Of a stretch of DNA of 39,579 bases, positions 1-11,205 are shown piece by piece (within the stretch, counting starts at the first letter, position 1; every line of letters begins with the position of its first letter). Under the pieces are notes generated by a model that had not been told where the DNA came from, ran no database searches, and was given only the letters and a program-made list of their open reading frames with translations. Origin of the DNA: Chiloscyllium plagiosum. Lineage: Eukaryota. The stretch is taken from positions 26,931,368-26,970,946 of the forward strand of contig NC_057720.1 of NCBI RefSeq assembly GCF_004010195.1, given 5' to 3'. The translations under genes and the position numbers were made by a program.

Positions 1-275
1 CCCTCAGACTCAGCACCGCCTTCTTGACCTACAATCTTCTTCCCGACCTCTCCGCCCCCGCCCCCTCTCCGGCCTATCACCCTCACCTTAACCTCCTTCC
101 ACCTATCACATTTCCAACGCCCCTCCCCCAAGTCCTTCCTCCCTACCTTTTATCTTAGCCTGCTTGGCACACCCTCCTCATTCCTGAAGAAGGGCTTATG
201 CCCGAAACGTCGATTCTCCTTCTCCTTTGATGCTGCCTGACCTGCTGCGCTTTTCCAGCAACACAGTTTTAAGTT
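1..275 (+). mobile_element. Penelope-like element 3' end / pseudo-LTR, family A (cut by window edge)
   Basis: C-rich 3'UTR, then CCTGAAGAAGGGCTTATGCCCGAAACGTC and GATGCTGCCTGACCTGCTGCGCTTTTCCAGCAAC; near-identical to 25300-25589 and related to the end of the PLE RT-bearing copy at 4853-6009. Confidence 0.85.
184..211 (+). ncRNA. Minimal type I hammerhead ribozyme motif in PLE pseudo-LTR
   Basis: CTGAAGA core, stem II GGGC-TTAT-GCCC, GAAA, palindromic ACGT as minimal helix III, GTC cleavage triplet. Confidence 0.75.
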
Positions 276-282
276 CTCAACT

Positions 283-655
283 CTATTCTCCTGCTTTTTC
301 CCCGTAACGTTTGATCCCTTTGATACACAAGAACCTATCTGTCACGGTCTTGAATATTCTCAATGACCTGGCCTCCATAGTCTTCTGTGGCAATAAATTC
401 ACCATTCTCTGACTGAAGAAGTTGCTCCTCATCTCCATTCCAAAAGGTCTTCCCTTTACTCTAAGGCTGTGCCCTCGGGTCCTAATCTCTCCTACCAATG
501 AAAACATTTTCCCAACATCTTCTTTGTCCAGGCCATTGAGTATTCTGTATGTTTCAATAAGATTCCTCCTCATCCTTCTAAACCCTACCGAGTATCGACC
601 CAGAGTTCTCAGACATTGCTCATATGTTAAGCTTTTCATTCCTGGGACTATTCTT
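283..655 (-). mobile_element. CR1-type LINE 3' fragment
   Basis: Translation LTYEQCLRTLG...RRMRRNLIETYRIL...TRGHSLRVKGRPF matches the CR1 ORF2 C-terminus. Confidence 0.85.
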
Positions 656-731
656 GTGGTCCACATGGTCAGCATGGCCGAGTTGGACCGAAGGGTTTGT
701 TTCCATGCTATACATTTCTATGACTCTATGA
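656..731 (+). mobile_element. CR1 3' tail fragment
   Basis: GAGTTGGACCGAAGGGTTTGTTTCC...CTATGACTCTATGA, same tail as 11150-11205 and 13010-13066. Confidence 0.7.
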
Positions 732-734
732 ATG

Positions 735-1985
735 TTGACTTCTGTTCCATTGATGTAGATGGTGGTGTGTTCTCCTTTCTTTCAGAAGCCAATGATCAGT
801 TCTTCAGTTTTGCCAATGTTGAGAGGGAGGTTGTTCTCATTGCACCACGTCACCAAACCATCTATCTCCCTTCTGTATTCTGACTCATTGTTGTTAGATA
901 TCTGTCCTACCATGGTGATGTTGTTAGCAAACTTATGGATGACGTTCATTCAGAATTTGGCAATACAGTCGTGGGTGTACAGGGTGTACAGTCAGGGGCT
1001 GAGGACACATCTTTGGGGGGGCTCCAGTGTGGAGTGTTAATTATGGAGGAGGTACAGTTACCTATCTTCACTGATTGCAATCTGTGGGTCAGAAAGCTGA
1101 GGATCCAGTTGCAAAGGGCAGAGCTTAGACCCCAGTCTAGGAGTTTTGAGTTCAGTCTGGGCGGGATAATGGTGTTAGAAGGCAGAGCTGTGGTTAATAA
1201 GCAGGAGTCTGGCAGAGGTATTCTTGTTGTTCAGGTGTTCTAGGGAAGCATGTACCGCTGGGAATATGACATCTACCATGGACCTGTTGCATCATTAGGC
1301 AAATTGTAGGGGATCGAGGTAAGCTGGTAGACTGGACTTGATGTGGGCCATGTTCAGCCATGATTATGGAGTTGAGACCCATAGGCAGTAGTCATTAAAG
1401 CACACTGCATGTGTTTTCTTAGATATAGGGATGATGGTGGCCTTCTTGAAGCAGGTGGAGACTTTGGCTTGTCAGAGGGAGACGTTGAAGATGTTGGTGC
1501 ATACCTCCATCAGTTGATCCACACAGGATCTGAGTGCTCAGCCGGGAACACTGTCCAAGCTTATTGTTTTTCTTGGGTTGACTCTGATGTCTACAGCAGT
1601 GACCGGGGGAACAGGTTTGTCCGGGGCGATCAGGGTAAGCATCACCACACTGCTGGCATTCTGCTCAAATCAAGCATAGAAACACTGAGCGCATCAGGGA
1701 AGGATGTGCCTTTTTTCGCTAACTTGCTGTGCTTGATTTTGTACCCCATAATGTTGTTCAGGCCTTGCCATAGGTGGCAGGAGTCTGTTTGTTGTCTCTG
1801 GGCCTCTAACCTGGTCAGTTACTGCCTCTTGGATCCCTGATGGCTTTGTGGACATCCATATCTGGATTTCTTGTCTTGATCTGAGTCATCCAACTTGAGT
1901 GCTGCTCATATGGTATTCAGGATGGAGAGGATTTCCAGGTTCAACCAAGGTTTATGGGTGGGGAATACTCATTTGACTTCTTTGG
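735..1985 (-). mobile_element. Decayed Rex1/Babar-type LINE RT region
   Basis: Minus-strand translation near 740-935: KFANNITMVGQISNNNESEYRREIDGLVTWCNENNLPLNIGKTEELII, the Rex1/Babar KFADDTTVVG...WCxxNNLxLN motif; stops and frameshifts. Confidence 0.75.
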
Positions 1986-1988
1986 TAC

Positions 1989-2620
1989 TGTTGTAGACTA
2001 GGCCAGACCACTCAAAGCATTCTTGAGCAGGCAAGCCAGACCATAACTTTGCAATTTGTTTTGGTAAGTATACAGTGAGAATAACCCAGAGTAAGCGAGC
2101 TCGATTTACCACTAAGTCTTAAAACGGACAGAAAAGGATTCACAAAATTACACAATGAATCACAAAGAACAGAACAAAGAACCCCTACAGCACTCAGTCT
2201 ATTCAAGCTCGACTTAATTATGCTGTTCCTAATACATACAACAGTCCCAATAAGTAAACCCCCTTAAAGACCAGTAAAATAACGCTTACAGGTTGAAGTT
2301 AGAAGGAGGTTGAAGGAGAGAGAGAGAGAAAGACAGGTTCCACACAGCTGAACTTCTAACTAGTCTGGACTGAACTGCTCAGCTAGAGAGCTGACCACTC
2401 CCCTTTCATTCTACAGGTCTCTTCTCAAACATGATCACTTTGGCCTGAAGTCTCATCTGTTCACATATAAACAAAAATGCCTCTCAATATCCTTTAATCT
2501 CTCTACCAAACCAGTTTAATTGGCACTGGGAGCATTTACGACCCCTCTGGGAAAAACCAAGGACATAGTATCTTTGAGAAAGGGAACAGCTTTTAGTAAA
2601 AAGGGACCAGCTTTGTGATA
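1989..2620 (-). mobile_element. 3' LTR of a Gypsy element
   Basis: On minus, follows the polypurine tract AAGGGGGTAGG (2621-2631); starts TATCAC (TG decayed) and ends ACAACA. Confidence 0.7.
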
Positions 2621-3360
2621 CCTACCCCCTTAAAAAAGAACATCAATACCAAAAGATAGCTTCATTTTTAAAACACTTCAAAAGCCTGGTTAGTAGTCTA
2701 ACACACATATACACGATACGAACTATAAATGTGCAAACATGCAAAACCACATACAAATTTAGGTCATGGCACATCTGCCACCAAATGCCCTTGTATCTTA
2801 TTCAAGTCTTGATAACGTATCGGCAATCATGTTTTCACAACCTGCCACAGGCACAATTGTCAAGTTGAATGCCTGCAACAACAAACTCCATCTAAACAGT
2901 CTGGCATTTTTGTCCTTAAATGTTTTTCCACAAATGTTGTGATCAGTGTATACGATTGTCTCAGATGCATTGCTGGTAATATAAACATTGAAATTTTGTA
3001 ATGCCAACCCCTTTCTCTTTCTCTACTGTTGAATATTTCTGTTGATGCATGTTCAACTTCCTGGAAAAATACTTGATGGGTCTTTCTAATCCCACTGTCA
3101 TCCTCCTACAGGAACACTGCACTGACACTCACATCACTGTCATCAATAGCCACCTTGAAAGGCTTTGTGTAATCAGGTGTGGCCAATACGGGGACAGTAG
3201 TTAACACAGTGTTAATGCCTTTTGACAGTCTGCTGTCCACTGAAACTTCTTGCCATTTTTTAACAATTCTGTGAGTGGAGCAGTCACACTGAAGTTTGGC
3301 ACAAACATTCAGTTAAATCCATTCAGGCCCAGGAACCGTAGTACTGTTTTTTGTTTTGTT
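2621..3360 (-). mobile_element. Gypsy (probably Gmr1-like) pol remnant: RT end and RNase H, 3'UTR, PPT
   Basis: PVLATPDYTKPFKVAIDDSD, QQKYSTVEKE, IVYTDHN, RLFRWSLLLQAFNLTI, NMIADTLSRLE* (ORF 2798-3007). Confidence 0.85.
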
Positions 3361-3435
3361 GAAGGTGTATACATGTCAAACAGTGGAAAGATTCTGCCAT
3401 AGACAGAGTTCATTGTCATCCTATAGCCATCAGAT

Positions 3436-3565
3436 CTGAGTACTGCTCCTTCATCAAGTGAAGTTTACAGTTCACCTGACGAGGGAGCAGCGACCCAAAA
3501 GCTTGTGATTTCGAATAAACCTGTTGAACTATAACCTGGTGTCATGTGACTTCTGATCTTATCCA
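3436..3565 (+). mobile_element. Short PLE family B end with a small inverted segment and decayed hammerhead core
   Basis: CACCTGACGAGGGAGCAGCGACCCAAAAGCTTGTG...AATAAACCTGTTG.ACTATAACCTGGTG, homologous to 35651-35740; 3443-3462 is a 17/20 inverted copy of 3471-3490. Confidence 0.7.
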
Positions 3566-3997
3566 TCATAAAAAGTGCCATGACTGAGAAAGACTTTAAT
3601 GTAGGTGCAAATTGTTCTTTTTGAAATGCCTCAACCCAAGCTAAGGAACAGAAGAAAATCCAAACTTAAAAAAGGCATCATTCCATTACAATATAAAATA
3701 CCTGCATTGTTTAAGCTATAAAATAAACAAACCATGTACAAAAGTATAACATTGGAGTTTGGAAAACCAGGGAATCATTTAAGATTGTCACTCATAATAT
3801 AGTTTTGTAATGCAATACTTGGTATATGCTATTGCATTCAAACAAACCACACCCCCACCCTAAAAGTATAGTTACACTGACTCTTCCTTAACAAACCCAT
3901 CTAAGCACGTACTAAGTACCCATCACTGATACAACACTTCCCTATGGGGAAATAATTAACAGCATTTGCAAAAATCTGATCCCTAAAAGTTGCCTAC

Positions 3998-4034
3998 CAG
4001 GTCAAGGTATGTAGACAGTGACTCACACAGCTTT
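3998..4034 (-). CDS. Candidate 37-nt internal exon of an unidentified gene
   Basis: CTAAT branch-like site, long pyrimidine tract ending TCTCTCTCAG, donor CTG|GTAGGC; one open frame KLCESLSTYLDL; no protein recognised. Confidence 0.25.
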
Positions 4035-5017
4035 CTGAGAGAGACAAGAAAAGACATCAAAACAAAAAGATATTAGTGTACCATAATTGCGCAGCCTCCA
4101 GGCACCAAGTAGAATTTCCTGTTTCCCTTAATAAAAAGAAGTATTGTGGCTGTCTGAGGTTACAAAGGTTTGGCACATTCCATCAGTGTACGTGTTAAAT
4201 AACAGGGAGGTTTTTTAACCTCTCTGCCCAGTGGAAATGATACAGACACAGGGAGTGTATACAAAGGGTGGGGGAGGGTTCTATTCTGCATTTCTGAGAT
4301 ATTTTTCTCCCTACTTTCTAATCAGCTTGACATGCAGGTAGCAGGGGCCTAATTTAAATGACAAAGTCATTGGGAGGGGGACACCAGTTTTCACAGCCTG
4401 ACTATATAGCTAGCACGCTCTCAAACATACCACAGGGGACCGAGTCTGTTCATTTTACTTCTTACGATGCTTTGTGGGCCAGAAGGTGTACCATATGTTC
4501 TTGTCTCCATTTCAATCTTTAGCCTTGGAGGGGCTTTCCAAAACTGCTGCCGAATTTAGCAACAGGACCTGATTTCAACAGGGAGAAAAAGCTTTCAAAC
4601 CTTAGCCAGTGGGGTAATTGTGCGGTAGGTTGTACCTGAGGACTTGGCAGCATTAGGTCGTGTGTCACAGGTGAGCTGTATGTGATCCCATTAGGCGAGA
4701 CCAGTCATTGGGTGGAAGCCAGTATATCCCACAAAGGGATTAGTCAGATCACAAGGAAGATTACGGAAGTAGTGGTGGTGTTTAGGGCAAGGAGGGGGGC
4801 TGTAGGGGTGCCATTTGTCAGGGAGATGGATGTCAGTCATAATTCACTGAGGAGATTGAGCAATTCATCAACTTCACCAACACATTCCACCCTGACCTTA
4901 AATTTACCTGGACCATCTCTGACACCTCCCACCCCTTCCTGGACCTCTCCATCTCCATTAATGACGACTGACTTGACACTGACATTTTTTACAAACCCAC
5001 CGACTCCCACAGCTACC

Positions 5018-5624
5018 NNNNNNNNNNNNNNNNNNNNNNNNNNNNNNNNNNNNNNNNNNNNNNNNNNNNNNNNNNNNNNNNNNNNNNNNNNNNNNNNNNN
5101 NNNNNNNNNNNNNNNNNNNNNNNNNNNNNNNNNNNNNNNNNNNNNNNNNNNNNNNNNNNNNNNNNNNNNNNNNNNNNNNNNNNNNNNNNNNNNNNNNNNN
5201 NNNNNNNNNNNNNNNNNNNNNNNNNNNNNNNNNNNNNNNNNNNNNNNNNNNNNNNNNNNNNNNNNNNNNNNNNNNNNNNNNNNNNNNNNNNNNNNNNNNN
5301 NNNNNNNNNNNNNNNNNNNNNNNNNNNNNNNNNNNNNNNNNNNNNNNNNNNNNNNNNNNNNNNNNNNNNNNNNNNNNNNNNNNNNNNNNNNNNNNNNNNN
5401 NNNNNNNNNNNNNNNNNNNNNNNNNNNNNNNNNNNNNNNNNNNNNNNNNNNNNNNNNNNNNNNNNNNNNNNNNNNNNNNNNNNNNNNNNNNNNNNNNNNN
5501 NNNNNNNNNNNNNNNNNNNNNNNNNNNNNNNNNNNNNNNNNNNNNNNNNNNNNNNNNNNNNNNNNNNNNNNNNNNNNNNNNNNNNNNNNNNNNNNNNNNN
5601 NNNNNNNNNNNNNNNNNNNNNNNN
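5018..5624. other. Assembly gap
   Basis: Run of N. Confidence 1.
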
Positions 5625-5881
5625 ATCAATGTGGACTTCAACAGTTTCCTCATTTCCCCTTGCCCCCACCTCACCCCAGTTCCAAACTTCCAGCTCAGCA
5701 CTGTCTCCATGACTTGTCCCACCTGCTTATCTTATTTTCCACCTATCCACTCTACCCTCCCCCACCGACCTATCACCTTCATCCCCTCCCCCACTCACCT
5801 ATTGTACTCTATGCTACTTTCTCCCCACCCCAACCCTCCTCTCACTTATCTCTCCACCCTTCAGGTACTCTGCCTGTGTTC

Positions 5882-5909
5882 CTGATGAAGGGCTTTTGCC
5901 CGAAACGTC
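5882..5909 (+). ncRNA. Minimal hammerhead ribozyme motif
   Basis: CTGATGA-A-GGGC-TTTT-GCCC-GAAAC-GTC. Confidence 0.75.
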
Positions 5910-6142
5910 GGTTTTACTGCTCCTTGGATGCTGCCTGAACTGCTGTGCTTTTCCAGCACCACTCTAATCTAGACTCTGGTTTCCAGCATCTGCAGTCATT
6001 GCTTTTACCTTCACTGAGGGAACCATTAGTTCAGAGGGGTATCAGTAAAATTGCAGAGGTAGGTTGATCAGATCCAGCACAGAGTCATACAAGTTGCAAG
6101 TGGCTTTACAGATTAGTTTTTGAGCCAAAGGGGAATGACATA

Positions 6143-6371
6143 CAGGCCAACCACCATATCGGCAGGTCTGGTTTCTGCTGTTTCAGTTTGCTGTGGTTTA
6201 CCGCTGCCTGAACATATTACAGGGAACCTTCCAGAACCAGGGCCCGGGGGGCCACCAGGAAGGTAAATTTCCCATCTAAATGAATGGGTTTGCTACTATC
6301 CACGGTTTCAGGCTTCCGTGGTAGGTCTTGGAACGTATCCCTCGCAGGTATGGGGGGGCGGGGTACTACTG
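6143..6371. mobile_element. Tc1/mariner Tigger-like MITE (MER44/Tigger7-like)
   Basis: TA|CAG...CTG|TA termini; minus end CAGTAGTACCCC...GGGATACGTTCCAAGACC...GCCTGAAACCGTGGATAGTA resembles the recalled MER44 end. Confidence 0.7.
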
Positions 6372-6475
6372 TATAGTTATCCTTATCCACACGCAATGCT
6401 GTGAAGCATTTACCTGCAAGATTTCCCACTATCAAGGCAACATTGACTGTAAGTGGAAAACATTTGTCCATTGTG

Positions 6476-6778
6476 TGTTGTGTTATGTCTCACAGTCATG
6501 TGCCTAGTTCTTTAAGAAAGATATTCATGGTATCACCATTGTATCACAGAATGTGACCTGAAGGTATAAAGGTCTCATTGTTTGCATCTTATCTCAGATC
6601 ACTTGAAGCATGACACTTTACTGGAAGCATGCCGCTCTCTTGTAACCTAATAACTTAATGTAATCCCAGACACATATGTACCTGAGGAATGTAATGTTTG
6701 TTCATAATAGTTCATTGTAATAAATGCCTGTTGACTTCTTCAATACCCTAATAACCAAGCCCAATTACTTACGCAACA
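6476..6778 (+). mobile_element. Putative solo LTR
   Basis: TGTTG...CAACA termini, TATAAA near 6565, AATAAA at 6719-6724; no clear TSD. Confidence 0.45.
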
Positions 6779-6971
6779 GGACATAACATAAGCATTGTGA
6801 AATCAGGAAAACACCACGTGGGTGGCAAACCCAAATCATCATAATCCCTTCTTCTGTGACCATGTTCAAACCCTGATATGGAAGTGAAAAGCAGAAGCTC
6901 CTGGTTCAACACCGATGTCAAATGAGATACAGAGTCTCAGGCTGTGTTGAAAAAAAACTTAAATGGATGTA

Positions 6972-7415
6972 CCCTTAAAGATCAGCAAGGCTGCCTATGT
7001 TTGGAACCACAGGAAATTGGGAGATAAATGAGTATTTTGCATCAGTGTTTACTGTGGAGGAGGACATGGAAGATAGAGAACGTGGGGAAATAAACAACAA
7101 CATTTTGAAAAATATCCATATTATACTTGAGGAAATGCTGCACAGTTTAAGACACATAAAGCTGGGTAAATCCCTGGAATCTGATTAGGTTTACCCTGGA
7201 TCTTTTATGAGAAGCTAGGGAAGTAATTGCTGGGCCTCTTGCTGAGATATTTATATCATCAATAGTCACAGATGAGGTGCAGGAAGACTGGAAGTTGGCT
7301 AACGCGGTGCCACTGTTTAAGAAAGGTGGTAAGGACAAGCCAGGGAACTATAGACCAGTGAGCCTGACCTCAGTGATGGGCAAGTTGTTGGACGGAATCC
7401 TGAGGGACAAGATGT
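6972..7415 (+). mobile_element. CR1 ORF2 fragment (pre-RT region)
   Basis: EINEYFASVFTVEED...EDWKLANAVPLFKKGGKDKPGNYRPVSLTS; homologous to 9447-9889. Confidence 0.9.
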
Positions 7416-10400
7416 TGGAGCGACAGTTAGAGGCAATGAGGAATTTACAAGAGTAAGGAGTCTGATGGATGGCAGTTAGAGGAAGGGAGAAAAGTCACAG
7501 ATACACTCACATAGATGGGTTAATTTGAGGAAAGGTAGGTGAGGTAGGCAAGTAGTGCAGGAGTCTTCTGTGGCTATCCCCATTTCAAACATATGTGCTG
7601 TTTGGGAAAACGTAGGGGGTGATGGATTCTCAAGGGAATGTGGCACGAACAGTCAAGATTCTGGCATCGAGACTGACTCTAATGCAATGGGGAGTATGTT
7701 GGATTCCAAGAGATCGATTGTGTTAAGGGACTCTCTCGTCTGAGGCACAGAGAGATGTTCCTGTGGCCAGCAGTGGGAGATCAGAATGGTGTGTTGCTTC
7801 CCTGGTGCCAAGATCAAGGATGTCTCAGAGAGGGTGCAGGATGTTCTCACGGGAGAGCAGGCCCAGCAGGAGGTCATTGTACACATTGGAACCAACAACA
7901 TAGGAAGGGAAAAGGATAAGATTCTGAAGGGAGAATATAGAGCGTTAGGCAGGTATTTAAAAAGGAGGCCCTCGAGAGTAGTAATATCTGGATTACTCCC
8001 GGTGCTACAAGCTAGTGAGGGCAGGAATATGAGGATAGAGCAGATGCATGTATGGCTGAGGAGCTGGTGTATGCGGGAAGGATTCACATTTTTGGATCAT
8101 TAGAATCTCTTCTGGGGTAGAAGTAACCTGTACAAGAAGGATGGTTTGCACCAAAATTGAAGGGGACCAATATCCTGGCAGGGAGATTTGCTAGAGCTGC
8201 TCAGGAGGATTTAAACTTGTAAGGTGGGGCGGGGAGGTGGGACCCAGAGAGATAGTGAGGAAAGAGATCAATCTGAGACTGATACAGTTGAGAAAAGAAG
8301 CGAGCCAAACAGTCATGGCAGGCAGGGACAAAGCAGAGAACAAGGTAGGACTGATTAAATAAACTGCATTTATTTCAATGCAAGGGGCCTAACAGGGAAG
8401 GCAGATGAACTCATGGCATGATTAGGAACATGGGACTGGGATATCATAGCAATTACAGAAACATGGCTCAGGGATGGACAGGACTGGCAGCTTAATGTTC
8501 CAGGATACAAATGCTACAGGAAGGATAGAAAGGGAGGCAAGAGAGGAGGGGGAGTGGCATTTTTGATAAGGGATAGCATTACAGCTGTACTGAGAGAGGA
8601 TATTCCCAGAAATACATCCAGGGATGTTATTGGGTGGAACTGTGAAATAAGAAAGGGTTGTAGTACAGACCCCCTAATAGTCAGAGGGAAATTGAGAAAC
8701 AAATTTAGGAGAGCTCCATTATCTGTAAGAATAATAGGGTAGTTATGGTAGGGGATTTTAACTTTCCAAACATAGACTGGGACTGCCACAGTGTTAAAGG
8801 TTTAGATGGAGAGGAATTTGTTAAGCATGTACAAGAAACTTTTCTGATTCAATATGTGGATGTATCTACTAGTGAAGGTGCAAAACTTGACCTACTCTTG
8901 GGAAATAAGACAGGGCAGGTGACTGAGGTCTCAGTGGGGGTCCACTTTGGGGTCAGCGATCATAATTCTATTAGTTTTAAAATAGTGATGGAAAAAGATA
9001 GACCAGATCTAAAAGGTGAAGTTCTAATTTGAAGGAAGGCTAATTTTGATGGCATTAGGCAAGAACTTTCAAAAGCTGATTGGGGGCAGATGTTCATAGG
9101 GAAAGGGACAGCTGGAAAATGGGAAGCCTTCAGAAATGAAATAACGAGAGTCCAGAGACAGTATATTCCTGTTAGGGTAAAGGAAAGGCTGGTAGGTATA
9201 GGGAATGCTGGATGATTAAAGAACTTGAGGGTTTGGTTAAGAAAAAGAAGGAAGTATATGTCAGTATAGACAGAATAGATCAAGTGAATCCTTAGCAGAG
9301 TATAAAGGCAGTCAGAGTATACTTAAGAGGGAAATCAGGAGGGCAAAAAGGGGACATGAGATAGCTTTGGCAAATAAAGTTAAGGATAATTCAAAGGGGT
9401 TTTTCAAATACATGAGGACAAAAGGGTAACTAGGGAGAGAATAGGGCCCCTCAAAGATCAGCAAGGTGGCCTTTGTATGGAGTCGCAGGAGATGGTGGAT
9501 ATACTACACGAGTATTTTGCATCAGTACCTACTGTGGAAAAGGACGGGAAAATATAGAATGTAGGGAAGTAGATAGTGACATTGTGAAAAATGCCCATAT
9601 TATAGAGGAGGAAGTGCTGGATGTCTTGAAATGCATAAAAGTGGATAAATTCCCAGGACCTGATCAGCTGTACCCTAGAACTCTGTGGGAAGCTAGGGAA
9701 GTGATTGTTGGGCCAATTGCTGAGATATTTGTATCATCGATAGTCACAGGTGAGTTGCTGGAAGACTGGAGGTTGGCTAATGTGGTGCCACTGTTTAAGA
9801 AGGGTGGTAAGGACAAGCCAGGGAACTATAGACCAGTGAACCTGGCATAATGGGCAAGTTGTTGGAGGGAATCCTGAGGGACAGGATGTACATGTATTTT
9901 GAAAGGCAGGGACTGAATAAGGTAGTCAACATGGCTTTTTGCATGGGAAATCGTGTCTCACTAACTTGGGGTTGAGTTTTTTAAAGAAGTAACAAAGAAG
10001 ATTGATTAGGGCAGAGCAGTGGACATGATCTATATGGACTTCAGTAAGGTATTCAACAAGGTTCCTCATGGTAAACAGCTTAGCACAGTTAGTTCACATG
10101 GATTACAGGGAGAACTAGCCATTTGGATACAGAACTGGCTCAAAGGTAGAAGACAGAGGGTGGTGGTGGAGGATTGCATTTCAGACTGGAGGCTTGTGAC
10201 CAGTCATGTGCCACAAGAATCATTGCTGGGTCCACTGCAATAATGAATTGGTTGTGAACATAGGAGGTATACTTAATAAGTTTGCAGATGACACCAAAAT
10301 TGGAGGTGTAGTGGACAGTGAAGGTGGTTACCTCAGAGTACAACTGGATCTTTATCAAATGGGCCAAGGAGTGACAAATGGAGTTTAATTTAGATAAATG

Positions 10401-11205
10401 TAAGGTGCTGCATTTTGGGAAAGCAAATTAAGGCAGGACTTATACGCTTAATGGTGAGTTCCTGGGAATTGTTGCTGAACAAAGAGAATTTGGAGTATAG
10501 GTTCATAGCACCTTGAAAGTGGCATCCCAGATCGACAGGATAGTGAAGAATGGATTTGGTATGCTGTTTTTATTGGTCAGAGCATTGAATATAGGATTTG
10601 AGAGATCACATTGCAGATATATAGGACATTGGCCACTTTTGGAACATTGTGTGCAATTCTGTTCTGCCTCGTATAAGAAGGATATTGTGAAACTTGAAAG
10701 GGTTCAGAAAAGACTTACAAGGATATTGCCAGCCTGGGAGGGTTTGAGCTATAGGAAGACACTGAATAGGCTGCAGCTATTATCCCTGGAGCGGATGCTG
10801 AGGGGTGACTTTATAAGGGTTCATAAATTCATGGGGAGCATGAATATGGTGAATAGATAAGGCGTTTTCTCCCATGGAGGGGGTGGAGAGTGGCTGACGT
10901 GTCTAAAACTAGAGGGCATAGGCATAAGGTGAGAGGGAAAGATTTAAAAGGGACCCAAAAGGCAACTTTTTCACACAAAGGGTGGTGTGTGTATGGAATG
11001 AGCTGCCAGAGGAAGTGATGGAGGATAGTACAATTACAACATTTAATAGGCATCTGAGTGGGTACATGAATAAGAAGGATTTGAAGGGATATGGGGAAAA
11101 TGCTGGCAAATGAGATGAGATTTATTTAGGAATTCTGGACAACATGGATGAGTTGAACTGAAGGGCCTGTTTCTGTGCTGTACAGCTCTGTGACTCTATG
11201 ACTCT
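7414..11205 (+). mobile_element. Near full-length decayed CR1 LINE (ORF1 SGNH esterase, APE endonuclease, RT, 3' tail)
   Basis: ORF1 motifs IVLRDS, CFPGAKIKDV, HIGTNN, DGLH (7700-8150); APE motifs CIYFNARGL, IAITETWL, VGDFNFPNIDW, SDHNSI; RT motifs YMDFSKVFNKVPH, KFADD; tail CTGTGACTCTATGACTCT; many stops and frameshifts. Confidence 0.95.

Larger units (their letters stand above)
4853..6009 (+). mobile_element. 5'-truncated Penelope-like element, family A (RT C-terminal part, gap, 3' pseudo-LTR with tail)
   Basis: EEIEQFINFTNTFHPDLKFTWTISD..PFLDLSISI...DIFYKPTDSHSY; hammerhead core 5882-5909; flanking direct repeat TTCACTGAGG at 4843-4852 and 6010-6019. Confidence 0.9.

Noticed and set aside
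4682..5938. Long ORFs of 218-418 aa
   Set aside because: Artefacts of translating through the N gap
6217..6471. 84-aa ATG ORF
   Set aside because: Mostly reads through the Tigger-like MITE; no recognisable domain
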